The notes under the pieces are model-generated. The model was given only the letters and a program-made list of their open reading frames with translations. It did no database searches and was not told where the DNA came from. A DNA stretch of 64,000 bases from Octopus sinensis (taxonomy: Eukaryota), in contig NC_043005.1 in NCBI RefSeq assembly GCF_006345805.1, forward strand, positions 102,920,001-102,984,000, given 5' to 3'. Below, one piece after another: positions 1 to 12,164 of this stretch. The position numbers and the translations under genes were made by a program. The first letter of the stretch is position 1, and each line of letters begins with the position of its first letter.

Positions 1-269
1 TTCAATTTTTGTCCGTCTCGCAAACACAGCGATGAAATTTCTGTCCCTCTCTTCATTAAATATGGTCGATCGGTTAAGGAGAGAAACATATTTATATTTG
101 CATAGTAGGGAAATTGACGACAGCTACTACGAAGATATAAAAGCGAAATAACGAAGGGAGAGACTTAAAACAAGGCTTAATGGATAACATGGGAATAAGA
201 TATAAAATATAGGTTTTGAAAAGCTAAAGTATCAGGAATACAATCTGCAAAAACACGAATGATAAGTGT

Positions 270-1700
270 GAAGGTAGGGTATGGCATTTAATTATGAATC
301 TATGTTATGCATCTGAAAAAAGTACCTACATAGGTTCTATGTGCAAAATGTCTCATGCTAGAAAGGTATCCTTAAGTATATGTCTTTCGTATGGTAAGGT
401 CTATAATTGAACATCCAGAATTTATAATGACTGGGTATCACTTGAGAATCGAAATATTTTCTTAAAACATTGAAACACACGATTGTGTTTTATATTTGAT
501 ACACCTTGGGGCAAAATTATTTGGTAAAGTGGTTTATGCACACTTTTAAAGTGCAAGCACAAAGTTACCGTAGAACTGGCACTCTTAAGATTTTACAGAG
601 CAAAATATCCACATTTCTATATGTATATATTCTGAGTGCATACAAAACTAGGCACATTGTTGCAATAAGAATTGTCCAAGTACAGATTTAGAGCTTAGGG
701 GACGAGGTGAGTGTTCTAAGTCGGGTCACCAGTTTGTAAGAACTGTGTGATTTGACGATAGTATTTTGAAGCTCCGATTGGTTATACGCGGCAAATAAGA
801 GACACATTGCGCCAATACCATGCAATCTGAGTAGTGGACACAACGGGGTCCAAATAGCAGCCAAAGTCTAGCTGTTACCTGCTACATTCGAATGCACGTT
901 TATTTAATAAAGGGGAGAGAATAGTTTCGCTCAAGTGTACTCTGCACTAGACAGTGCCGCGTGTAAGGAATTATTACTTCAGAAACTATGAGTATGCTTT
1001 ACAATGTATTTCAGCTCGGAACTTTGAAGATGTCATTAATACTGACAAAGGTAAGTAAGAAAACATGATTTAATGTTTCTGAGTGTTAACGAAGCTGCAA
1101 TTATTCTTCTTGGAGGTAAACGAGATATCACTTTCAAATGTAGTGGCTATAGCATGAAGTTCATAAATGAAACTCTTCGTGAATATGATGGTTTACAACA
1201 TTCCTTGAATGTTTTTAACGGAGACGATGATAGACACAACCTATTGATAAAAGATTTTCATCCAAATTGTTTCATATAATTCGACCAGTACGTTGCTAGG
1301 CATACACGACTGAATGGCAAAAACTAACCCTGCAACATATATCAATTTGGCTTCTAAAGATAATTCATTTTGATGAGATTATTTCCATGACATTAGTACA
1401 TTTTCCACACCTAAGAAAATGTCAAACAATTTTAAGACACTCTAAAATCGAATATTGATTGGTTCATATGGTTATTTGAACCAAGCTGCACTTTCAAGAA
1501 AGACGACTAGTGCACGCAACATCATTTCAACAATTTCATTAAATATACGAAAACAGACGATGATAGATATCCATCTCGGATACACCAATAAGGACGTTTG
1601 AAACGAAAACTTGGCCGCTCGTGTTTTACAATGAAAGGATGGATCCTGTTTCCTCTATTCTAAGACATGAATGTTCACATAAAGCCAATCAAGTACGTTT
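270..1700 (+). mobile_element. Decayed Helitron Rep/helicase coding remnant
   Basis: Broken-frame translations recall Helitron Rep N-terminal motifs in the expected order: IGSMCK (~330), FMHTFKVQAQSYRRTGTL (~530; cf. FMPTFKVQGQIYHRIGSL), NEAAIILLGGKRDITFKCSGYSMKFINETLREYDGLQHSL (ORF 1073-1279; cf. NEVAVI..RDI..ETHRSYDALQYPL), FQERRLVHA (~1495; cf. FQKRGLPHAH, HUH motif), TDDDRYP (~1555). Many stops and frameshifts. Recognised from memory, no search run. Confidence 0.7.
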
Positions 1701-2247
1701 CCAAAGTATATATTTTATAAGATATAACATTATATAATTTATAACATTTAATATAGTATATCATATACATTTTCTTTACGTTCGAAACTTTATCTCGATT
1801 CTTTAATTTATACACAAGAGATTATATTTATGCAAATAAAATCTTTCTTGTTTAGTTTAAAGTTACATGTTGGGGTAGTAGCTTCTCCATTTTCAAAATA
1901 TTTCTAAAAGTATATGCTTTTAAAATAGAATGCTATTCTATAACAAAATAGTGTTAAGTGTAAGGTTAAAAATTCCGCATTAAGGTCAGGTATAAACTAG
2001 TCCCTAAATAGTAGGATAAGCTTAGGATGTGTGTTTTAAGCAGAATTTGAGGTAAGGGATAAAGACTAGGGGTTACGGTTACGATTTGTTGGTAGTACTT
2101 AAAATCAGTGTTAACGTTAAGATTACGTTTGAACAAAACCTGAATGACTGCAAATAATTGTACACTATTTTCCAAAATTGAAATTGAGACCTTTCACATA
2201 GGATAGACAGACTGTAATCAGTTTATTGGTTTCATCCCCTCCTTTCT

Positions 2248-2555
2248 TCATAATTGTAGTAGATAGTATGTTTTGGGGTAGTTACTGAGCTTGATCATTT
2301 TTTCGTGGTGAGTATCATGATCGCTACTTATATTCTTTCCTCGATGTTTTAGGCACTGAGCAATCCCTCTCTTTACACTGTATGGATGGCGTGAAGTTAA
2401 GGTATCGTCCAGTGAAGGTCGGCTTGCGGTATACGGATGTCCTGAATCCATACTTGGTGCGTGTTATTAATAAGTCCAGGATTGCTAGCTAATTGTCGTT
2501 TTCCTTTTCCATTGTGAATTGTATGCATGGCGTTATTGAATTCACATGAACTAAC
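2248..2555 (-). mobile_element. Penelope-like element RT C-terminal/thumb fragment (pseudogene)
   Basis: Minus strand reads HVNSITPCIQFTMEKENDN*LAILDLLITRTKYGFRTSVYRKPTFTGRYLNF, then after a frameshift SRHPYSVKRGIAQCLKHRGKNISSD (ORF 2248-2451). These match the PLE RT motifs FTMEKE..LxFLD..YRKPT..RYLxFxSxHPxxxKxG. Confidence 0.85.
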
Positions 2556-2559
2556 TCCT

Positions 2560-3150
2560 TGTCAAGGAGATGAACTAAAAGGGAAAGTGAGACAGGTACT
2601 AGGAAAAAGCGAAACTTCCCAAACCGGACATCACTAAGGATGAAATGTTCGCTATCAAAAGACTACATAGTGACAATTCAATCACAACACTTCCGGCGGA
2701 CAAGGGAAATGATACAGCGGTGATGAACAAGTCTCACTACTCGCAAAAATTGGCAAGTCTTATAAGTGATTGTAACTACAGAAAAGTAAAGAAAGACCAA
2801 CTCTGAAAACAGAGAGGAAGTTGTCACAGATCTTGATCAAGACAAGCATCACTTTACACCAATGAAGTACAAACAACTGACTCAACACTACAGTAAACTA
2901 CCACGCAAGTACGGTCTCCCTACGATTCACAAGGATGGTATTCAATTAAGATCTACAGTGAGCTGTAGAGATTCAACATGTCATTCACTGAGACGCTTCT
3001 TTGTTGAAATATAGAGTCCATTAGCAGGAAAATCAACATCGTAAATGAAGACTTCCACCCACTTCACAGAATTGATCAAGGATATCCCCATTGAATCCAA
3101 GCAGATGGTGAGTCTAGATGTAATAAATCTGTTCACCAAAGATGCTGCGT
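2560..3150 (+). mobile_element. Penelope-like element RT N-terminal fragment (pseudogene)
   Basis: Plus strand with frameshifts: KLPKPDITKDEMFAIKRLHSDNSITTLPADKGNDTAVMNKSHY (PADKG motif) ... KLPRKYGLPTIHKDGIQLRSTVSC ... THFTELIKDIPIESKQMVSLDVINLFT. This is the typical PLE RT N-terminus up to the SxDVxxLFT motif. Confidence 0.85.
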
Positions 3151-3227
3151 TTGAGTAAATTCAGTATATTATTCAACTACTACCATCGTTAAATGATATA
3201 TACGCACACATATATGTATATATATAC

Positions 3228-3269
<42 letters not shown>

Positions 3270-3276
<7 letters not shown>

Positions 3277-3845
3277 GAATTAGAGATAAAACCACTGTTA
3301 TGCAACACAAACAGTGATAGACATAAACCAATACATAAATAACAAATAATATATATAATTAATATAATATAATATAATATAATATAATATATATAATATA
3401 ATATATATATATATAAAATTTGTTTTTCGAAAAGTATAAAATGAATGATAAATATAAGTAAAAACACTACGTACGTTTCATGGCTATTATTAAATTCGAA
3501 TTACGATTAAGTTCGAATTACAAATAAATTCTAACTAAAAGTAAAGTCAATCTTCAGGTTAATGATAATAGTTAAATAAATAAGCAGAGTTAAACAATAT
3601 TCATTTAAGAAATAAAATAACAATTTTTCTTATAGAATAATTATTAATTTATATGCTTATTTATTTCACTATTATCATTAACCTGAAGATTGACTATAAT
3701 TTTAGTTCGAATTTATTTCAATTGAATTTAAACTTAATTGTAATTCGAATTTAATTATAGCCATGAAACGTACGTAGTGTTTTTACTTATATTATATTTA
3801 TCATTCATTTTGTACTTTTGAAAAACTTTTGCATATAAAAAAAAA

Positions 3846-3882
<37 letters not shown>

Positions 3883-3978
3883 TATATTAATTATATATAT
3901 TATTTGCTATTTATGTATTGGCTATATCTATCACTGTTTGAGTTGCATAATAGTGGTTTTATCTCTAATTCATATTTT
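3270..3978. repeat. ~710-bp AT-rich fold-back (long inverted repeat) element
   Basis: The left arm aaatatgaattagagataaaaccactgttatgcaac...gtcaatcttcaggttaatgataatag (3270-3590) is the reverse complement of 3650-3978 (...gttgcataatagtggttttatctctaattcatatttt). A third, solo arm is at 25545-25860. Confidence 0.85.
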
Positions 3979-3989
3979 ATATATTTATA

Positions 3990-4060
3990 CTGAGAAATTT
4001 GATTTAATACTAAATTGAATTTTTCCCTGTAAGTTTGGAGTTATACTCCATAATATGATT
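3990..4060 (+). repeat. Fragment of unclassified dispersed repeat family X
   Basis: gaaatttgattt..aaattgaattttccctgtaagtttggag matches 10675-10740 and 40815-40885. Confidence 0.6.
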
Positions 4061-4067
4061 GTATATG

Positions 4068-4108
<41 letters not shown>

Positions 4109-4148
4109 CTATATATGTCTATTTATCTATCTATCTATCTCTATATAC

Positions 4149-4194
<46 letters not shown>

Positions 4195-4614
4195 GGAGGC
4201 ATTCATACATATTTTTGCGGATGAGCAAGACTATTGTATATATCTACAGGTTTCCTGCAGTTAGTTCCCCAGTGAATATGGTTGACTGTCGTCAACAGAA
4301 CAAAACCTGTCAAAACTAGGAAAGAATCCAATTTATCAAGACTAAGTTATATCAGATTGCCTGTATTCCTAACACAACGTGTAATAAGCATTCCACGTTG
4401 TCACACAAAAATACACATGCAGCATCTCCTCTCTTTTTCTCTCCTTTTCTCTCACTCACTCTCTCTCGTACACACTGGTATACATACACACAGTAAATAG
4501 TCGCGTGTGTGTATTTATGTATATGGATATAGTGTGGATGTTTGTGTGTGTGTATATATATATAAAAATATATATATATATGCATGTATGTATATATATG
4601 TGTGTGTGTTTTAA

Positions 4615-4720
4615 GATCGTTCACGGGAAACGTTTGTAAGTTCGCAGAAAAGCTCCTATATTATTGTGTCGGCTACGGGCTAGTGGTTTCAAATTACAAC
4701 AATAATTTGATGGGATCGTA
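4615..4720. repeat. Short unclassified dispersed repeat (second copy 14208-14295)
   Basis: cgggaaac..aaaagctcctatattat..cggctacgggctagtggtttcaaattaca aligns with cgggaaaca..aaaagctcctatgttat..cggatacggcctagtgattccaacttaca. Confidence 0.55.
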
Positions 4721-4789
4721 CCGAGTTGTTGTGATGTAAAGCGTGTCTGTGTGTGGTTGTCTGTGCAGGTATGTGTATGTGTCTGTATA

Positions 4790-5170
4790 TGAATCTTGTT
4801 TCCCAACCACATGGTTCTGGGTTCAGTCCCACTGCGTGGCATCTTGACAAGTGTATTCTGCCATAGCCTCAGGCGACAACAGCCTTGGGAGTGAATGTGG
4901 TAAACGGAGAGTGTGTATGTGTATGTGTGTGTGTGAGTGTGTATGTATGTGCGTCAGCGTGCGCGTGTGTCCTTGTGTCTTTGTTTGATCCCCCAACCCT
5001 GCCGGTGTGATGCGTTTGCGACGCCGTTACCTAGCAGTTCGACAAAAGTATTTGATACAATAAGAGTTTAACACAAATGTTGAGGTCAATTCATTCCGCT
5101 AAATTTCTTCAAGGCGTTGCCCCAGAATGGCCGTATTCTAATGACTGAAACAAGTAAATGATAGAAGATG
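4790..5170 (+). mobile_element. tRNA-type SINE, family A (diverged, interrupted by TG microsatellite)
   Basis: cccaaccacatggttctgggttcagtcccactgcgtggcatcttgacaagtg..atagcctc, plus a 3' half ending gcgttgccccagaatggccg..aatgactgaaacaagtaa. Same family as 10019, 47825, 48395 and 48905. Confidence 0.75.
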
Positions 5171-5268
5171 AAAGAGAAGATATATATATATACATACAAA
5201 TACAGGCATATAAATATATATGTATGTGTGTGTATGTATATATGTATGTTTGTATAAATATATAATAT

Positions 5269-5337
<69 letters not shown>

Positions 5338-5879
5338 CTTGGTATTTCTGTAGTGGGTATATAATAATATGTGGAAATTGACGATTTAGAAGTCTGTTAT
5401 CAGCATATGGTTTCATATATTATTTGCAAGGGGACTCCTTCATCGAAGACCGGTGCCTACCATGCGTTGACGAGAAGCAATTACCTTGAAACTATAGTCC
5501 GTATGTAGTACTCGGGTCTTCGAGGGAGGATGACCTCCCTTTGCAAATAACAAAAGGGCACTGAGATAGTGTCTAAAGTCCTTCTGGTGACGTTGATCGC
5601 CTGGGGCTAAAAGCATCAGTAACCCCCCCCCCAGTGGCTAGCAACATTCAGATGGCTAATACCCCTTACGTTGTCGAGCGGTTACTGTTTATATCTCGTT
5701 CAGAGATTTATTATTGTTATATATATATATATATATGAACATTTATGCTTAGATCTATGTAAGTGAATGCCGCTTGGGTGTAATCGAATAAATATTGTCA
5801 AGTCAGGTGGTTTATTGACGAAACGGCGTCATAATTGATGTGAAAATTGTTGTTTCTGATAAATGACCACAATCAATAT

Positions 5880-6085
5880 TGCTACCAAATTTTGACACAA
5901 GGCCAACGATTTCGGAGGTGGGGGCTATATTGACTTCATCGACCCAGTGTCCAACAAGTACTTATTTCTGACCCGGAAAAAAGTCGACCTTGGCGGAATT
6001 GGAACTCAGAACATAGACACAGACGAAATGTTGCTGAGCATTTTTGCCGGTGCGTTAACGATACTATTAGCTTGCCGCGTTAAGG
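5880..6085 (-). mobile_element. SINE family B (diverged)
   Basis: The reverse complement contains gttctgagttccaattccgccaaggtcgactttt..aaataagtacttgttggacactgggtcgatg, matching the well-preserved copy at 27375-27601. Confidence 0.7.
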
Positions 6086-8059
6086 CTACGTATAATATTG
6101 AAATGATATATTTACTACGTCCGAACAGGATCTGTATTTAATATCTAATTTTCTTATATGGCGATTTCATGAGGAAACTGACAGTACATAAACACAACGC
6201 AACATTTTCACCTCAATTGATGCTGATTTACTGACCATCTTTCTAAAGAATAGCAAAAACATTTTCCACAGTTTCGGGATTTAGCTAGAGTGACTTCTGC
6301 CACACACCCTCTGATATTTGTTCCTTAAAATTCATCCTTTCCTTGAATAACAATGATTTACAAATTAAACTTTTCATTCAAACATATCTTTAGCTACTAC
6401 TAGTTAAACTATATTTCAATAAATACGGTATGCAATTATTTTAAACGGCAAACATTACAAGCAAATCTTATATAATTCGATGTGATTTCCAACGTTTGTT
6501 ATTCTGCTGCGCTTCCCATTTATTTCACTATTTTTACATATATCTCGAACTTTGTATACTTGAATAAATAAATAAATAAATAAATAAAATTAGATATCTA
6601 CAATTTTTCTTTGTGTTTGTTTAAGAATTTCTTAAGAAAACTATAATTGAATTGAGAATAAAGTAACAGCGTCTTATGTAAGTAAATGTGCTGGAGGGCT
6701 TGAAAATGTTCAAAATGTACGCCTAATACAAAGACTGGAATCAACAAGCGAGGACGAGATAAAATTGAGCCAAAAGACAAACCAAATGAGATAATATCAA
6801 TATACTTTCCAAACAGCCTCGAGTCAGAACAAACAACTGGCTCAGTTGAAATTTACACACACTTTTATAACAAGATACGTTTACATTGGAATACGACTTC
6901 CAATAATACATCTAGCTTATGGTGGTCAAATTGTATTGGTGTGGTTGATGATTAAGATTGTGGTGCGTCTGTGTTGGCAATGGCGTTGTTTATTGAGAAG
7001 CTAGTCGTGCTTGTGTTACCGGTGCTGCCAGAGCTGGTGGTGGCAGAGGTGGTAATGACTGTAGAATCGCATTAATGTCGCATCTCATGTGTCATTGTAG
7101 TGCAAATGCACTTTCAATATTCTGCGAGCAATGTATTTACTTTACATTGGTATGTCTCCAACATATCAACGATATGACCAGGAGAAGAGCTTAAGGCATT
7201 ATCGGCTTTTAATTTAGCACAGTAATTGCTGTATAGAACTTGGATTTCTAACCATTAAAGAGAGAAAATCACCAGTTTGTGTCATTAGAAGAGTTATACC
7301 ATTACAAAAGTTACCGGTTAACACACAGCAATGAAAGGATATAGAGACAAGTAAATTATCAATGTATTTCAGTTATTAGTATAATTGAAATAATCATATA
7401 ATTGTATCTTCGTCACACCAGTTGTGGATTACATCTATGATACAATCGTAATGTACCTTAACAAATGATCTGCAAATTAAAACGGACTAAGATTGAGCAA
7501 CTTCACGCATTTTATTGTGGTTTGAAACATCAGTGTTATGTAGCACGATTTTAGTATGGCGAAGCAGGCTAAAACTGAAGGCTTTCTTGACTTGATAGAG
7601 CAGACTGGTAACATTGTGTATCGGCATTTTTGTTCTTGGGTAGCAACTGTTACTTATTATATGCTTACCCATAAAAAGTAAGATTAATGGCCAATATTTC
7701 TTTCAAACTTTGCTTTTGTTACATTTTTTCAAAAGCCGAAGTATCACTCTCATTACATAGTTATCCTGCTCTCCCGCTATTCCATCTCATGATAAGAGAT
7801 GCACATATTGTTAGTCACTAGGGGACATGCTCAGGCGGTTCAGGTCGAACAAACAAATCTGTGATATTCAACAGAATATTTACTACAACGGTATTTGTTT
7901 CAGTAACACAATGCGGAATCAGTCTGAAATATGATGAAAAATAGGTCAGTTTCAAAAATTAATGTCCAGATTACAAAAGAGTTTGAAGGGAATAAAGCAA
8001 ATTTCTATGATTTATAGAAAAAAGCAAATAAGAAATAGCAATTATTGATCAAAGACGAA

Positions 8060-8200
8060 GAATCTTTTCTACTCTAGGCACAAGGCCCGAAATTGTAGGG
8101 GAGGGGGCAAGTCGATTAGACTGCCCACAATACGCAACTGGTACTTAATTTATCGGCACCGAAAGAATGAAAAGCAAAGCCCCCACCTCCGAAATTGTTG
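8060..8200 (-). mobile_element. SINE family B 3' fragment
   Basis: Reverse complement: ttttcattctttcggtgccgataaattaagtaccagttgcgtattgtggg..aatcgact..aatttcgggccttgtgcctagag. Confidence 0.6.
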
Positions 8201-8239
8201 GCAATGAAAGGCGTTGTGAGTGTTTATTGTGCAAAATCA

Positions 8240-8525
8240 GCTAAAGCTCCAGGAGCTTGTGGCAGGGGCTGGTGGTGAACACTGGTGCACTCCTTCACCA
8301 CAAATTTCTCTCACCCTTTCTTCCTATTTCTCTTGTACCTGTAATTCAACGGACCAGCCTTTTCACACACAGTGTCATGCTGAATATCCCCGACAACTAC
8401 GTTAAGGGTGCACGTGTCTGTGGAATGCTATGCCAATTAAACGTTAATTTCACGAGCAGGCTGTTCTGTTGATTGATTGGATCAACTGGAACCCTCGTCG
8501 TCGGGACCGACGGAGTGCAACGGTT
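8240..8525 (+). mobile_element. SINE family C (central domain shared with family D, different 3' tail)
   Basis: ctccttcaccacaaatttctctcaccctttc resembles the family D core. The tail ttaatttcacgagcaggctgtt..ggatcaactggaaccctcgtcgtc..ccgacggagtgc recurs at 57270-57467. Confidence 0.6.
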
Positions 8526-8572
8526 AAATTAGACGTGGTCTGGACCAATCCTTGATCGTAACATATCTAAGA

Positions 8573-8619
<47 letters not shown>

Positions 8620-10018
8620 ATATATATATACATACATACAGACAGACAGACATATATATACATATATATATGTATATATATATATTTATATATATATATA
8701 TATGTATATATATGTGTGTGTGTGTATGTATGTATATACATACATATATACACACATACACACATATACACGCTCATATTTATAGGTATGTATTTGTGTG
8801 TATGTTTAATTGTATGAGAGAGAGTGGGAAGTGATAGAGTGAGGGGCGGGAACTGCGTACTGTTTCAATTGTTCTTTTAGTTATACGTTGTGTGAATTGC
8901 TCAATATTTTTCAGTAAAAAATTGTTAATAGACGATTTGATAAAGTTTTGCAGTTATAGAGAACTTGCTGGACTGTCCAGAACAGGGTTATAGCTCTTAT
9001 TGAGTGACAGGCTTTGAGAAATACTCAGTTGAGCTCTAATATTTGGGAATTTCGATCATTTAGTGGTGTCCAAACAATTGTCGGCGCTTGGACAAGTTAT
9101 TTTGTCTGAGAATATCTCGATATCGTTGTGCATTCCTTCATATAGTAGCAAAGAAGGTCATGGACGAAGTTCTTTCTCAGACACTTCGTTCAAAGACATT
9201 AATAAACAAATAGTGACGTTGTCATTGCAAATTTAAATCCAATAGAAATGATGCACTTTTTCTCAGAACATTATGAAATAAACTAATACGGCAGTGACAC
9301 CAACGTAATAGGAGTGGGTACCAGTATATCTGGAATGATACTCGCAAAAGACCATGGTTAATGTATTCACGTGATAGTTTGTGACGAGAATAATTATTCG
9401 TTTTTTTATATTATTCCAAACCTTGAAATTTATGTAAAATTTGATTTACTAATTTGATTAGTATAAATTTCATTATATTCTAATATGCACGAGGATATTT
9501 TGAAATATGCAAGCATTTCGAAGAATGTAAAGCTATGATATGCGGAATGAAACCAGTTTGACAGGAGATCTCGGGGAAGTAAAGAAGAATCTAAAGGACT
9601 TCGAAATATTCCGTAAGTAAGCAATAGAATGGAATCAAAATTTCATCATTTCCCATTCAGAAACGATACAGTCAATGTAGAGCAGCAATACCAACAATAT
9701 TTTCAGAGTCGCTACTCAACAAAAAATATATGAAAACAAAACAATTTATTCAACATCAACAGAGGAAACTGGCATCAATGCTAGCATAAAAATATATAGT
9801 TTCTTGTTAATATAATTAGTCATAACAAAAAATGATGGATCGATTTCGCATTAATTTTTTATTGTCGTTGTCACAATGCGGAAAAGTTCAATAAACAGGG
9901 GCACTATCATATACTTAAGTGATATAACAAAAATATCGCGCGCGCACACACGTACAAGCACGCACACACACGTACAAGCACGCACGCACTCACTCACGCA
10001 GGCACATACACACATGGA

Positions 10019-10190
10019 TACATTCATACATACATACATGGCTGTGTGGTAAGAAGTTTGCTTCCCATTTACATTGCTCTCGGTTTAGTCCCACTACGTG
10101 GCACCTGGGCAAGTGTGTTCTACTATAGCCTCAGACAGACCAAAACCTTGTGCGTGGATTTGGTAGCTGGAAACTGAATGAATCTACTTC
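10019..10190 (+). mobile_element. tRNA-type SINE, family A 5' half
   Basis: ggctgtgtggtaagaagtttgcttccc..cggtttagtcccactacgtggcacctgggcaagtg..gtggatttggtagctggaaactgaa, with A-box-like and B-box-like segments. Confidence 0.8.
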
Positions 10191-10489
10191 TGTGTATATA
10201 CATATACGGGATTTCGTCTTTCTGAACCGATTGGTACTAAAGTGGCTTATGTATAATTGAACTGTTTTTCTTAATTACTTATATAATATTACGTTGTTAT
10301 ATATTATATTCATAGTATTTAATATAATATTGTAATACAAATAAATTATTGAATAACAATAGAATATCTCTATATTTAATCTATTTTATATACACATACA
10401 CACATATACATACAAACACACGCACTCACACACACATGTATATATATATATACATGCATATGTATATATATATATATATATACAGAACT

Positions 10490-10745
10490 AACAGGGAAAA
10501 TAGAACCACTTTTTTGGAATCCATCTTTGAAGGATATTCCTATACCATCTAGAAAGGAATATAATATTTCTATTATATGTAATTTTCTAGATGGTGTAAT
10601 TTAGGTTTTCGTTTTGAATTGATAAAAGGTGGTTTGTTTTCTAATTTACACACACACATATATATATATATTGTGAAATTTGATTTAGCATTTCTAAATT
10701 GAATCTTTCCCTGTAAGTTTGGAATGATATTCCCTCATATTATTA
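10490..10745 (+). repeat. Dispersed repeat family X with internal hairpin
   Basis: Hairpin ccatctagaaa..tttctagatgg (10546-10596). The body gtaattttctagatggtgtaattt..ttttgaattgataaaagg..gtaagtttgga matches 40715-40885 and 3990-4060. Confidence 0.7.
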
Positions 10746-10754
10746 TTATTATTG

Positions 10755-10829
<75 letters not shown>

Positions 10830-10833
<4 letters not shown>

Positions 10834-12087
10834 CGGGAAGCTTTATGAAAATAGACAAAAGACGAAGGCAGGTGGAAAACAAACGAACAATTGTATTAGT
10901 ATGGCGCTCAGGAAATATAAATAAAACAAGTCTTTAACGTTTTGAGCCTACGCTCTTCAACAGAAAGATACACAGAGAGAAAAAAAACACAGAAAGAAGG
11001 AGAGAAAAAAAATGCGTGCAGTAGCTAACGAATCAACATGGCGATCTGATTTCGGCCAGAGGTCAAAGATCAAACATGAGACGCGAGAGCGAAATAAGGG
11101 GAGATAATAGGGTTGATAATAGGGTTGAAGGACCAGCTAATAGTGCGTAGGAGGGGTCTGGACGTGTGTATGTATAGGGTTGGTGTTTGTATTAGTATGT
11201 ATAAGGGTGTGTGTGTGTGTGTGTGTGTGTATGAGAGAGTATTAGTGCGTAGGATTGGTCTGGACGTGCGTATGTATGGGGTTGGTGTATGTATTAGTAT
11301 GTATTAGTATGTATTAGTACGTATTAGTATGTATAAGTGTGTGTGTGTGTGTGTGTATGAGAGAGTATAAGTGCGTACGCGGGGTCTGGACGTGTGTATG
11401 TATAGGGTTGGTGTATGTATTAGTATGTATTAGTATGTATTAGTACGTATTAGTATGTATTAATTGGTGTATGTATTAGTATGGCACATCATATATGATG
11501 TGATGTGTAACGTCGTGTGGTGTAGTGAGGAGAAGAGGGGGAGGGGAAGAAGAGGGGGGAGAGAAGGGGAGGGGAAGAAGAGGGAGAGGAGAGGAGGGAA
11601 GAGGAGAGGGTGGGGGAGAGAGAGGAGGGGAGAAGGAAGGGGAGGAGGGGAGGAAGGAGGAAATAGGAGAGGGGGAGAGAGAAGGGGAGAGAGAAGGGGA
11701 GAGAGGGAGTGATGGAGCAGAGGGAAGGGGAAGAGGGAAGGAGGGAGGGAGAAAGAGGGAAGAAGGGAAGGGGAGTAGGGGTGAAAGGATGAAGGACTGA
11801 AGAAGTAGGGGTCGGGGGGAAAGGATAGGTGAGGAGGGGGAGAGGGGGTTAGATGAGGAGGGGGGGGGGGGGAGATTTGAGACCAAATGGCGTATAAGAG
11901 CGAAGAGAAGATTAATTCCTGTTCACGGCGCAAACGGGAATCCGGATGGCCTCTCTGTAAGGACAAACCGAACACAGATAGGTGTTGCAAGGAGTGACCG
12001 GTGGAGCGGAAATGGCGTGAGACCGGTGTGTCGTTCGCAAGGTGGATGTCACGAAGGTGTTCCGCGAACCGGTCAGCCAAGCGGCGT

Positions 12088-12090
<3 letters not shown>
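10830..12090 (-). mobile_element. 3' end of a Penelope-like element: GIY-YIG C-terminus, pyrimidine-rich tract, minisatellite, hammerhead-bearing terminal repeat
   Basis: Minus strand 12087-11900 reads RRLADRFAEHLRDIHLANDTPVSRHFRSTGHSLQHLSVFGLSLQRGHPDSRLRREQELIF, a typical PLE GIY-YIG C-terminus. It is followed by a C/T-rich tract (11885-11520), a three-unit ~105-125-bp minisatellite (11140-11480) and a terminus (11060-10830) homologous to 40455-40640 and 50578-50760, ending at (TA)n. Confidence 0.8.
10931..10968 (-). ncRNA. Minimal type-I hammerhead-like motif, family 1 (probably inactive copy)
   Basis: Reverse complement: tcttt-CTGTTGA-A-GAGC gtag GCTC-AAAA-CG-TT-aaaga. Stems I and II and the ACGU stem III are present, but G12 is A and position 6 is U. 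Confidence 0.5.
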
Positions 12091-12148
<58 letters not shown>

Positions 12149-12164
12149 TGTATGTATATGTATA

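Noticed and set aside
1950-2170. Interstitial telomere-like TTAGGG repeats
   Set aside because: Only scattered degenerate hexamers (taaggt, ggttac), with no true array.
5421-5552. Short inverted repeat tatttgcaaggg..cccttttgcaaata-like pair
   Set aside because: An imperfect ~30-bp IR, single copy in the window, with no TSD identified. Insufficient for a call.
6700-7260. Possible host exons (open frame KCSKCTPN..; Ser/Thr-rich minus-strand frame)
   Set aside because: No recognisable domain, weak splice signals and no supporting neighbouring exons.
8940-9370. GPCR-like TM7/helix-8 resemblance on the minus strand (TTSLFVY*CL*TKCLRKNF)
   Set aside because: Multiple stops and only a few matching residues; not distinguishable from chance by eye.
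11460-11886. Proline-rich and Gly/Glu/Arg-rich ORFs
   Set aside because: By-products of the purine/pyrimidine tract. Only the GIY-YIG-like first ~60 codons of the 11460-12080 ORF are meaningful.
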